Shown here one piece after another: positions 25,247-33,039 of a stretch of 38,245 bases of DNA. Numbering within the stretch: position 1 is the first letter of the stretch; each line of letters begins with the position of its first letter. The position numbers were made by a program, and so were the translations under genes. Source of the stretch: a virus (taxonomy: Duplodnaviria > Caudoviricetes); IMG/VR virus record IMGVR_UViG_3300036779_000134, positions 1 through 38,245 of that record. One strand, given 5' to 3'. The notes below the pieces were generated by a model. The model did not search any database. It saw only the letters and a program-made list of their open reading frames with translations, and was not told the DNA's origin.

Positions 25247-25392
25247 TTCCGTTTAAGAGCGCGGGATCCCTTTTTCGCTTTGCCGAGGGAGGGATTAGCT
25301 TTCAGTTCATCGGCCATCTTTTGCTTCTGCGCTTCGCTCAGCGGAGAGTCCTTCCCTAAGAGCTTGGCGACTTGTTTAGGCGTCCACGGCAT
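25243..25392 (-). CDS. 49-aa basic protein (not in ORF track)
   Basis: MPWTPKQVAKLLGKDSPLSEAQKQKMADELKANPSLGKAKKGSRALKRK; ATGA-coupled to the methyltransferase. Confidence 0.65.
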   Translation of the reverse strand: MPWTPKQVAKLLGKDSPLSEAQKQKMADELKANPSLGKAKKGSRALKRK

Positions 25393-25402
25393 AATGGTCA
25401 CT

Positions 25403-25858
25403 ATGGAAACAGCAGAGTTCGCAAGACCTAAGACCGAATGGGGAGACGGCCCCTGGCAGCAGGAGCCGGATCGGGTGGAGTTTGAGCATGCGGGGCTGCC
25501 GTGTCTTGCGCTGCGAAACCGATATGGCGCGTGGTGCGGATACGCCGCCGTGCCTCCCGATCACCCGTTGCATAGCCGCTCTTATAAAGAACTCGACTTT
25601 GACGTACATGGCGGCTTTACGTATTCTGACTTGTGCTGCGGCGAAATCTGTCATATCCCAAAGCCGGGTGAACCGGATAACGTATGGTGGTTTGGTTTCG
25701 ATTGCGCTCACGCCATGGACGTAACGCCTGCAATGGATGCTCAGCTCAGGGCTGTGGGTCTGGACCCTCTGAGGCGGGAGTACGATGTCTACCGCGATCT
25801 TTCCTACGTGCAAAACCAAATCCGAAGCCTTGCGGATCAACTCGCGGCCTCCAGATAA
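25403..25858 (+). CDS. Moron: WCGY/HGG/GFDCAH family protein, paralog 2
   Basis: GPWQQEPD...GAWCGY..VPPDHPLH...HGGFTY...WWFGFDCAHAMD; MET start matches paralog 1; CATAAT 7 nt upstream suggests a leaderless transcript. Confidence 0.85.
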   Translation: METAEFARPKTEWGDGPWQQEPDRVEFEHAGLPCLALRNRYGAWCGYAAVPPDHPLHSRSYKELDFDVHGGFTYSDLCCGEICHIPKPGEPDNVWWFGFDCAHAMDVTPAMDAQLRAVGLDPLRREYDVYRDLSYVQNQIRSLADQLAASR

Positions 25859-25901
25859 AAAGCCCGGCCACCGGAAGAATGGTCCGAAACGATGGCCGGG
25901 G
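25857..25901 (-). terminator. Rho-independent terminator (possibly bidirectional)
   Basis: Minus strand CCCGGCCATCG...CGGTGGCCGGG + CTTTTT, between convergent genes. Confidence 0.7.
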
Positions 25902-25918
25902 AGTGCAAAGGGGTTGAC

Positions 25919-26557
25919 CTATCTTTTCCGCGGGTCCACATGCGGCGCGTCGGGCGTCGGCACGGGAACCCAGACCCAGATCCAGCCGTTCAATTCCTGG
26001 AAGTAGGCCAGCGCCCAGAAGCCGGGCTGCGTGCCGCCAGCGGTTGCGGGCGGAAGGTTGATCGGATTCGATACCGAGCCAGTCTCGCCGCCAGGAGGCT
26101 TTCCAGGAGGCGTCGGCCATATGGTCGGCGGCGGATCGGGTGGCAGCACGATAGGATGCGTCGGCGTTCCCGGCGAAGGCCAGATCGTCGGCGGATCACC
26201 CGGCTTGACGGGCGGAATCACGATCGGGTGAGTCGGTACGCCGGGACTCGGCCAGATGCCGGGAGGAGGTCCGCCGGGCGCTATAGGATGGGCGGGATAC
26301 GTGGGCGGAACGCCACCCCAGAAACCCGGAGGCTGTCCTGGCAGACCCTGATCGGGATAATGAGGCGGAGTGCCACCCCAGAAACCGGGAGGCGGGCCGC
26401 CGGGAGCGATCGGGTGAGCCGGGTAGCCCGGTCCAGGCCAGATTCCGGGAGGCTGACCGCCGGGCGCGATCGGGTGTGTGGGCCAGCCGGGAACTCCGTA
26501 TCCGGGGTCTACGGGGCCGCCTTGCACTGGATAGATATAAGCAAGCATTCCTTGCAT
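25919..26557 (-). CDS. Proline-rich PxHPI repeat protein
   Basis: AAGGAG RBS; repeated PTHPIAPGG/PGIWP/PGFWGG units. Confidence 0.8.
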   Translation of the reverse strand: MQGMLAYIYPVQGGPVDPGYGVPGWPTHPIAPGGQPPGIWPGPGYPAHPIAPGGPPPGFWGGTPPHYPDQGLPGQPPGFWGGVPPTYPAHPIAPGGPPPGIWPSPGVPTHPIVIPPVKPGDPPTIWPSPGTPTHPIVLPPDPPPTIWPTPPGKPPGGETGSVSNPINLPPATAGGTQPGFWALAYFQELNGWIWVWVPVPTPDAPHVDPRKR

Positions 26558-26636
26558 TACGTTTTTGCTCCTTGCGGGTTAGGGGTTACAACGTGCAGTT
26601 TCGACCGGAGGGTTGAGTTCCGGCCGTGAATGAAAA

Positions 26637-27149
26637 TCAGTTCCAGTCGTGGTTATCCAGACAATCTGGACACAGACATTGCTGTTCCGCGAGCTCGTTC
26701 CATGCCCATCCTGCATGTCGAAGAGCCGAAATTGCATCGGCCTTGCGTTCGCCGAAGAAGATTGAGGCTTTGTTGCAGCGGGAGCACGCCACGTACAGCT
26801 CGAACTCCGGCTCGATCGGACCAGCGAGCCAATTACCGATCGTGGGCATCGTGTACGGCTTTAGATTTCCGCTCTCGTCCAGCGTGGGAAACTCCATCGA
26901 TGCCGCGTGCTCTTTCGCATCGATGATGTAGGATTCGAGCGATCGGGCCGGGAATCTGAGGTTCGGGCTCATTGCGTCGTACATTTCGCGGCGTAATCCC
27001 GGCTCGCAGGCGCGCAGCAGTTCGCCGAAGTGCTCATGGTCCTGCACCACGCGCGCGAGGGCTGCAACCGCGCCTGGCTCATCGAGTGAGCCCAGTCCCC
27101 AGGACTTCATCACCCGGTTTATCGAGTTAGTCTCCTGGAGATTCCTCAT
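26637..27149 (-). CDS. Hypothetical protein with C-terminal Zn ribbon
   Basis: CSRC...AGW...LCPDC. Confidence 0.7.
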   Translation of the reverse strand: MRNLQETNSINRVMKSWGLGSLDEPGAVAALARVVQDHEHFGELLRACEPGLRREMYDAMSPNLRFPARSLESYIIDAKEHAASMEFPTLDESGNLKPYTMPTIGNWLAGPIEPEFELYVACSRCNKASIFFGERKADAISALRHAGWAWNELAEQQCLCPDCLDNHDWN

Positions 27150-27333
27150 AGGGCTGGCCGAGATACGCCATTAGCGAGCGGAGATGAGGCGGGTAACCTT
27201 CGCCCTTTTGGTCCCAGTAAACCCGAGCCTCTTTTGCGATATGCGCGAGTTGCTCTTTAACCGACTCATCGGAAGGCATGCGTTCTGCCGCGTACCGCGC
27301 AATATCCTCTTCGTCTGGATCTGGGCGACTCAT
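27127..27333 (-). CDS. Hypothetical protein
   Basis: ATGA-coupled to the upstream gene; 68 aa. Confidence 0.6.
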   Translation of the reverse strand: MSRPDPDEEDIARYAAERMPSDESVKEQLAHIAKEARVYWDQKGEGYPPHLRSLMAYLGQPYEESPGD

Positions 27334-27575
27334 TCCTCACCGGTTTCGCCACCGCCCGCCATACCCTTGACCGCGAGAGCTTCCGCGATGTGCTTCATCA
27401 TCGCCCCGCCCTCGTTCGCGCCGAAGTTGTGCTCTTCGGCCGGCGGCCGGTCCATCGTCATGCCGCCCGATAGCGCGCCCTTGCTGAGCTTCGGCGTGGC
27501 CGCGAACTCATGACGCACGGAGTGGCCGTTCTTTCCCGGACGGATGCGCAGCTCTTCGAGTTTTGGTTTTGCCAT
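27330..27575 (-). CDS. Hypothetical protein
   Basis: GGAGG RBS, TGATG coupling; NGHSVRH...EEHNFG motif. Confidence 0.7.
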   Translation of the reverse strand: MAKPKLEELRIRPGKNGHSVRHEFAATPKLSKGALSGGMTMDRPPAEEHNFGANEGGAMMKHIAEALAVKGMAGGGETGEE

Positions 27576-27784
27576 CAGTCGCCTCCCTTGAGCAGAGCGT
27601 TCGCCTTTTTCCGGATCTTAGCCGCGGATTCAGGCGAGAGTTTTCCTTTATTGACCATCTGGGTAGCGCGGGCTTTTGCATTCGCGGCGTGAGCCCGATT
27701 GGGCATGGGATATTTTCTCGATCCCGGCAGCCCGAACTTGCTCGCCGGAAGCTTGTTGCGGGTTGCGGTTTTTAATTCGGCCAT
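27575..27784 (-). CDS. Small basic protein (DUF6582-like)
   Basis: RNKLPASKFGLPGSRKYPMPNRAHAANAKARA; AAGGA RBS. Confidence 0.75.
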   Translation of the reverse strand: MAELKTATRNKLPASKFGLPGSRKYPMPNRAHAANAKARATQMVNKGKLSPESAAKIRKKANALLKGGD

Positions 27785-27794
27785 ACGATTCCTT

Positions 27795-28058
27795 TCAGGA
27801 GCTAATCTCTACTGGGGATTGCTGCACGTCAAACCATCGTCCTGCGCACTCGATGACAAACATCGGGACACCTCCGGACGTGCATATGTAGGCCACCCGG
27901 GTGATCTTCGAATGGCCGGCGAATGCGGCGAGGACCAGGTTATGCACGGTGAGTTTGCCTTGGTTCTCTCCCGCATCGAGCGATGCCGGCCGATCGAAGC
28001 AGTGAATCAACGTGGCCCGCACTTCGCCGGCCGAGCTTTTGATCACCAGGTTTTTCAC
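27795..28058 (-). CDS. Hypothetical protein
   Basis: GTG start overlapping the stop of the upstream membrane peptide (GTGA). Confidence 0.55.
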   Translation of the reverse strand: MKNLVIKSSAGEVRATLIHCFDRPASLDAGENQGKLTVHNLVLAAFAGHSKITRVAYICTSGGVPMFVIECAGRWFDVQQSPVEISS

Positions 28059-28195
28059 ACGGTCACAATCGTCGCGATAGCCCACAGGCACAACCCCGCA
28101 GCCATGAGATTCAAACGCGGCGTTGCGACTCCAATAGCAGCCAATAGCAGGCAGATGATTGCAAGAATCATCAGCAGCAGGCGTATGGTAATCAT
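28055..28195 (-). CDS. 46-aa two-TM membrane peptide (not in ORF track), holin-like candidate
   Basis: MITIRLLLMILAIICLLLAAIGVATPRLNLMAAGLCLWAIATIVTV; AAGGAG RBS. Confidence 0.7.
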   Translation of the reverse strand: MITIRLLLMILAIICLLLAAIGVATPRLNLMAAGLCLWAIATIVTV

Positions 28196-28196
28196 T

Positions 28197-28349
28197 TCAG
28201 CGTGCTCCTTTCGCCCGCTTCGCCAATTCGCGGATGCGCTCGAGTTTCCGCTTATTCTTGGTTCCCAGCTTGAAACCTTTGGCGTTGGGATCCTGCACTT
28301 CGGTGTAGTTCTTGATGGCTGCGGGTATGCCCTGTTCGGGTTTATTCAT
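28197..28349 (-). CDS. 50-aa basic protein (not in ORF track)
   Basis: MNKPEQGIPAAIKNY...RAKGAR; ATGA-coupled. Confidence 0.6.
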   Translation of the reverse strand: MNKPEQGIPAAIKNYTEVQDPNAKGFKLGTKNKRKLERIRELAKRAKGAR

Positions 28350-28561
28350 CGCCATATCGCCTTCCACCAGGGGAGCTTGATTCCATGTCTTTCACCGATC
28401 GATCGAATAGCATCGTCGAAGCGCGGCGACTTCAGGACCAGCCATTCGGCATCGCGTAGGACGGAAGGGCCAGGCTGCTCGTAGGGTCCGATGACGCCGA
28501 GAATGCGGAGGGCCGCGAGAGCCTGACTGGTATCGCGGGCGGTAAAGATGGGGCGTATCAT
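28346..28561 (-). CDS. Hypothetical protein
   Basis: ATGA overlap with the upstream gene (MIRPIFTARD...). Confidence 0.55.
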   Translation of the reverse strand: MIRPIFTARDTSQALAALRILGVIGPYEQPGPSVLRDAEWLVLKSPRFDDAIRSIGERHGIKLPWWKAIWR

Positions 28562-28863
28562 TCCAAGCGTGCCAGCGCCATTCCGAGGCACTTAGAAACC
28601 TCTAACAGGTCAGACCTATCTTTCCGATCGAGATACATAAGCCGCTGCGTCGTCCATTCGAATGACTTGTTGAGCCGTTCAGTGAATTCCTCGTATCCAG
28701 CGCGGTGTTTCTCGTCGCCTAAGACCCATTCGAGCGCCGCGATCCAGCCGGCAATCTCCGACGTTTGCGCCGGATCATGCGTGGAGGCGCAGCCATCTTT
28801 AAAGTGCGCGAGTTGCTGTTCGATTCGACGTTTACTCAGCATTCCCGCCATTATACGGGTCAT
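28558..28863 (-). CDS. Hypothetical protein
   Basis: TGATG coupling to the terL stop; GWIAALEWVLG motif. Confidence 0.65.
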   Translation of the reverse strand: MTRIMAGMLSKRRIEQQLAHFKDGCASTHDPAQTSEIAGWIAALEWVLGDEKHRAGYEEFTERLNKSFEWTTQRLMYLDRKDRSDLLEVSKCLGMALARLE

Positions 28864-30143
28864 CAGCTCCACGGGCTCCTCACGGCCTGCACCTGCCGCC
28901 GCTCTTCCGCCTGGCGATCCTTCTTCGGCTCGCGGATGCTTACGCCTAAGGTGCGGAACGCATCCGCGCAGTGCGAGTTCACATCATGGAGTGGCTCACG
29001 GGTCGGCCCCTCATAGCTTTGCATCTCGCCGTAGCGGTACATCCTGAGCCTTCTTAGGCCGGCCGCCGTCCGCTGCTCGTCGAAATAACAGAGCGGGAAC
29101 ACCGTGCGCGCGGCGTTGATGCCGTCCGAGATCGGCAGACGCGGCGCCACCTTCACCTTCCACCCCACGGCTTTCATCTGCTCCTCGATCGACTTTCCCG
29201 ATCCCAGGGATTTCAGTCCTCCGTCCCACGGCAGGAAGGCCGTTCCGAAGACGTACCCGCGCTTCTGGAGCTCGGCCAGGTAGGAATGCAGCGGTTGCCG
29301 CTCGCCCTCTTCGTAGTCGATGATGCGGTATTCCATGGGGAACGCCTGGAACATCCAGATGCTCACCATGTCGCCATAGCCGAGGTCCCAGGCTGTGTCG
29401 ACTGGCTTTGACGGGTCGTACGGCACACGCTTGATGCGGCCTTCGACGTCCACCGCCCGCAGTTCGTTCGCATAGATCGCATTCGCGAGGGTGTTGATGC
29501 ACGCGCCTTCCCAGATGTGGTTGTACTCATCGATGTTGGCCCGCTTGTCCGCTTCGGCCAGCTTGCGAAGTCCATCCGGAAACCATGGGTTATCGCGATA
29601 GGTGAGCTTGCGGACGATGGCGCCTTCAGGAGGGTTAACCACGAACCGCTGGTATGTGTCGTCGCTCTCGAGATCGGGGTTGAACGATACCCATAGTTCG
29701 CAATTCGGGACGCGGTAGAGGGTCGGGATCAATTTATTCCACGAAGTCTTCGAGACGCTTTGCGCTTCTTCCACCCAGCACAGATCGATCGCCTCCATGG
29801 ATTTCAGATTGTCCACATTGTGCCGGAGCCCGGCGAAGAGGACCTCAGTTCCGTTGGTGCCGTAGAATGCGCTCTTCTCGATCCGGTAGAACGCATCGAG
29901 GTTGAGATCCCTGATCTGCTCTTCGAGAAGCTGGTGGACCGAGTCGCGAATCGACTTCATCGTTTCTCGCGCGCACAATATCCGCATCTTGCGCCGCGTG
30001 CCGGCAATCAATAAAGCCCGCGCGAAGCCCCAGGACTTCGTTGCGCCGCGGCCCCCGTACGCTACCTTCACCGGCGCGGGGTCGAACAGGAAGTCGAGCG
30101 CGGCCGGGAAATCAGGCTTGCTGATCAGAACCTGGGACGTCAC
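28863..30143 (-). CDS. terL: Terminase large subunit (PBSX/Terminase_3 type)
   Basis: Walker A YGGRGATKS, CARE..SI.DS, Walker B WVEEAQ, SFNP, nuclease WDLG and H.ADAFR. Confidence 0.95.
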   Translation of the reverse strand: MTSQVLISKPDFPAALDFLFDPAPVKVAYGGRGATKSWGFARALLIAGTRRKMRILCARETMKSIRDSVHQLLEEQIRDLNLDAFYRIEKSAFYGTNGTEVLFAGLRHNVDNLKSMEAIDLCWVEEAQSVSKTSWNKLIPTLYRVPNCELWVSFNPDLESDDTYQRFVVNPPEGAIVRKLTYRDNPWFPDGLRKLAEADKRANIDEYNHIWEGACINTLANAIYANELRAVDVEGRIKRVPYDPSKPVDTAWDLGYGDMVSIWMFQAFPMEYRIIDYEEGERQPLHSYLAELQKRGYVFGTAFLPWDGGLKSLGSGKSIEEQMKAVGWKVKVAPRLPISDGINAARTVFPLCYFDEQRTAAGLRRLRMYRYGEMQSYEGPTREPLHDVNSHCADAFRTLGVSIREPKKDRQAEERRQVQAVRSPWS

Positions 30144-30552
30144 CTGGCCTCACGAACCTCACTTCAATCACGGCCTGCACCGGAGCGCCTTCCGGTCCCG
30201 ATATCTCCTGCCGCTGAACCCCGTATTTTTCGGGCATCATGCCGCGGAGAAGAAACTGCATCAGCCCGCCGTCGAACCGCCGGACATGGCCGCAGACTTT
30301 GCCCTGATAATGCACGGGCTCGAGCCAGCCTTTTGAAGCCCTGTCGACGGCTTCCGATTCGAGATATTCGGCTGCCCATTCCCGAGTCTTCTCGAAAGCG
30401 GCGGCATACTTGGGGTATTTTTTGATCCAGCGATAATGACAATCCCGGCCGACCTTGGCCTTCTTGCACGCCTCGACGATGTTGCAGGTCTCGGCATATG
30501 CCTGAAGCAGCGAATGGGCCTTCTTTACGAAGTTCTCTTTGCCGCGCGCCAT
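30112..30552 (-). CDS. terS: Terminase small subunit
   Basis: N-terminal HTH (NIVEACKKAKVGR..HYRW), LESEAVDRA, FLLRG..PEKY, EISGPEGAP; immediately upstream of terL. Confidence 0.85.
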   Translation of the reverse strand: MARGKENFVKKAHSLLQAYAETCNIVEACKKAKVGRDCHYRWIKKYPKYAAAFEKTREWAAEYLESEAVDRASKGWLEPVHYQGKVCGHVRRFDGGLMQFLLRGMMPEKYGVQRQEISGPEGAPVQAVIEVRFVRPGDVPGSDQQA

Positions 30553-30718
30553 CCGCTCGAATTATTACCGGGGCCGCTCGATTACCCACGCCGAAGCCTC
30601 TTCAATTGGGAGAGAGAAGAGTGCAGCCCCGGAGAGGAAGACAAACGACCCCGCTAATGCCGCAATAGGGGACTCACCTCCCCCGAGATTTACCCCCCTT
30701 CGCGGCATCCAGTCCCCG

Positions 30719-31000
30719 TTAGGATTCAACCAGTCTGAGACGCTTATAAGTCCAGACGTTCTTCGGGTTCTCATCTGTTTCGGCGCGTATTGCAAACTTT
30801 TGCGGGTTGCCGCTGCGGGGGCGTACGATCGAATCGTCGCCCAACGCGAGGATCTCGATTGCTCCGATAGCACGCCTCCGCGTAAATACCGGAGTTGCAT
30901 TGGGCGCAAGGAGCAGTCGCTTCACGCGCTCCGGGCCGGCCATCTCAATCACCATGGATCCGGCTGTTACCGGGATGCGCGGACGCGCCAGAAGATGCAC
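30719..31000 (-). CDS. Hypothetical protein
   Basis: GGAG RBS; 93 aa. Confidence 0.6.
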   Translation of the reverse strand: MHLLARPRIPVTAGSMVIEMAGPERVKRLLLAPNATPVFTRRRAIGAIEILALGDDSIVRPRSGNPQKFAIRAETDENPKNVWTYKRLRLVES

Positions 31001-31057
31001 ACTTTTACTCCACTTACAACGGGCGGAGTAGTTTTGGACGTCCCCTCCGAGAGACGT

Positions 31058-31612
31058 TCAGGCAGCGGATCGGTTCGCGGCCTGCTCCCTTCGGATCACC
31101 TTAAGGTGCCGAGGGCCTGTGGGCGCCTGCACGGTATACAGGCCGTCCTTGTCTTCGGGGTCCGGTAAAGACTTCACATGCACGACGGCAGTGGCGACGA
31201 AGTCCTGGGTTCCCCATAGTTTAAATAGAGCCTGCTTCCCTTTGAGAGAAACACTACGTATCCTGTCCCGACTCGTGATTATGATATCGCAAGTTTTAGA
31301 AGTAAGTGTTTCTTCTTCATTGGGAGGGAGGTCCGGATTCCAATCCAGGATGAGCGATCGAAGCTTTTCGTGGCGCAGAAGCCGCGGCTTGAAGTTGGCG
31401 ACTTCCTGGTCGAGAGCCGCGAATTCTTCGAGCAGCTTTACCCGCTGGTGGCTCACAGGATGAGCCTGCGCGGATATTATAATGCGCGGCTTTCCCGCGG
31501 CTTTCTTCGCCGGCGGTTTTTTCTTCGCTTGCAAATTGAAAGTATAAACCAAGGGATCAGGAATCGCTGCCGGTCTTTTCTCCCCGCAGATGAGATTCGA
31601 AATGCTCCGCAA
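31058..31612 (-). CDS. Hypothetical protein (true start probably downstream of 31612)
   Basis: Basic N-terminal segment, then helical LLEEFAALDQEV...; overlaps the HTH gene end. Confidence 0.6.
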   Translation of the reverse strand: MRSISNLICGEKRPAAIPDPLVYTFNLQAKKKPPAKKAAGKPRIIISAQAHPVSHQRVKLLEEFAALDQEVANFKPRLLRHEKLRSLILDWNPDLPPNEEETLTSKTCDIIITSRDRIRSVSLKGKQALFKLWGTQDFVATAVVHVKSLPDPEDKDGLYTVQAPTGPRHLKVIRREQAANRSAA

Positions 31613-31823
31613 AGGTGAGGAGACTGATCTTGAGCGTAGGCAAAAGACGGCACACCAGTTCCAGGGTGGGATTATGCCGTCCTTGCTCGAGGCCGCTCAT
31701 GTATCGCCGCGACACGCCCGCCTCGAGGGCCAGCCGCTCCTGCGAGATCCCCGCAAATAAGCGCAGCTCGCGAATCGTCTTGCCAAACGCGCGCATCACC
31801 CCGGCGCGCGAGGGAGGTTGCAT
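31557..31823 (-). CDS. XRE/HTH_3 transcriptional regulator
   Basis: FGKTIRELR...ISQERLALEAGVSRRYMSGLEQGRHNPTL; no peptidase domain. Confidence 0.9.
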   Translation of the reverse strand: MQPPSRAGVMRAFGKTIRELRLFAGISQERLALEAGVSRRYMSGLEQGRHNPTLELVCRLLPTLKISLLTFAEHFESHLRGEKTGSDS

Positions 31824-32060
31824 AGACTGCCAACTTCCCAATTTGCGGCAGATATTACCACGCCATCTAGGGACCCGCTATATAATACTCAGTTGTATGT
31901 AAAATCAAGGACTTGTAATTGGTATGGAGACCAGCGCCTGGCACGCGCAGCGGAGCCGTTTTCAACACCCCGTGGAAAACCCCTATTGCTCGGGGTACCG
32001 ATGGCGGTAAAATGAACCGAAATTCACTAAGGAGTCATGAAGGGCATGATCCAGACGGAA

Positions 32061-32123
32061 CCAAGGATAAAAGCTACCGTGTTGCTGACACTAGCTCGCC
32101 AAAGCTAAGCTTCTCTCCCTTGG
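32061..32123 (+). ncRNA. Candidate structured small RNA (three-way junction with CGCCAA loop)
   Basis: CCAAGG/CCTTGG and AAGCT/AGCTT closing stems enclose GTGTT/GACAC and TAGCT-CGCCAA-AGCTA hairpins; strand not established. Confidence 0.45.
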
Positions 32124-32452
32124 CCCCGCCTGGCGAATGCGGCTTACGCACTGCACGTATGCTGCAACGTCATACTATCACCGTCCAACCGCATATTACA
32201 ACTACCCTTGAGCGCTTCTGGGATATTGGTCCAGCAGGGGTTCCTCTGGTTTTCGCTTGCGCCGCGTTGAGCGCTTGTGGGATATTGGGTACAATTTGGG
32301 GGGCGCGGTGCGGGCGGCCGTTCCCACGGCTGCGCGTAAACCGCACCGCTCCCCTGAAGACCCTGGTTACGCGGGGAATGCAAATACTTTATTTACAATG
32401 CGGTGATAGAGAATTGGGGGTCGGTGATGCGCCGCCCTAGAGTATAGGCACA

Positions 32453-32578
32453 CCTCTTCTTCCCTGGAACTTGGCGGTCTTGAGGAAGAGGAGGGAGTGC
32501 GAGTTACAAGGCAGCTATCAGGTACCAAGCAAGGCTCGCGAAGACGGTTTCATTATCCATCTTTCGCGGGCCTTGGCG
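32453..32578 (+). promoter_or_regulatory. Structured leader of the replication operon with two TTGGCG boxes
   Basis: Hairpins 32453-32491 and 32530-32575; TTGGCG at 32471 and 32573; AAGGAG RBS at ~32598. Confidence 0.55.
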
Positions 32579-32610
32579 CAAGTAGGTATTTTTGCTCAAG
32601 GAGCTGAAAG

Positions 32611-33039
32611 ATGTTCACCGGTAAAATTGGCCGAAGTTTCGTAGACAACCAGGAAACCCTCAGTTTTGATCACACCGGCCCCGGCCTGCCCGAAGATCCA
32701 CACCTAATACCCGAAGACGAGCGCATCCTGCTCTTTAGGTATTGGCTCTACGCGATACGCGAATCCCTTGCGAATTTTCTCGAAGAGGTCAGAACTACCG
32801 ATGGGCTATCGAATAGCGCAAAGAAGACAGCTGCCTGCATAGTGGGCCACACTATCTTGTCTATTCAAGATAAGATGTCCCGCTGGGCTGACGCCGTGGG
32901 CCGAGATTTTGAGGAATTTAAACGCCTACATTCGTTCCTCGAAGACGACCTGCCGATTGCCCTGGAGAAGCTCGGGTATAGGTATAACGGCCCGCTGGAT
33001 CAGGGCAACAGCCCGCTGAATCACGGAGACGTGCAATGA
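32611..33039 (+). CDS. Hypothetical protein
   Basis: AAGGAG RBS; ATGA-coupled to the replication gene. Confidence 0.75.
   Translation: MFTGKIGRSFVDNQETLSFDHTGPGLPEDPHLIPEDERILLFRYWLYAIRESLANFLEEVRTTDGLSNSAKKTAACIVGHTILSIQDKMSRWADAVGRDFEEFKRLHSFLEDDLPIALEKLGYRYNGPLDQGNSPLNHGDVQ

Noticed and set aside
31919-32440. 173-aa plus-strand ORF as a real gene
   Set aside because: No RBS, no recognisable motif, and it overlaps predicted RNA structure; treated as probably non-coding but not excluded.
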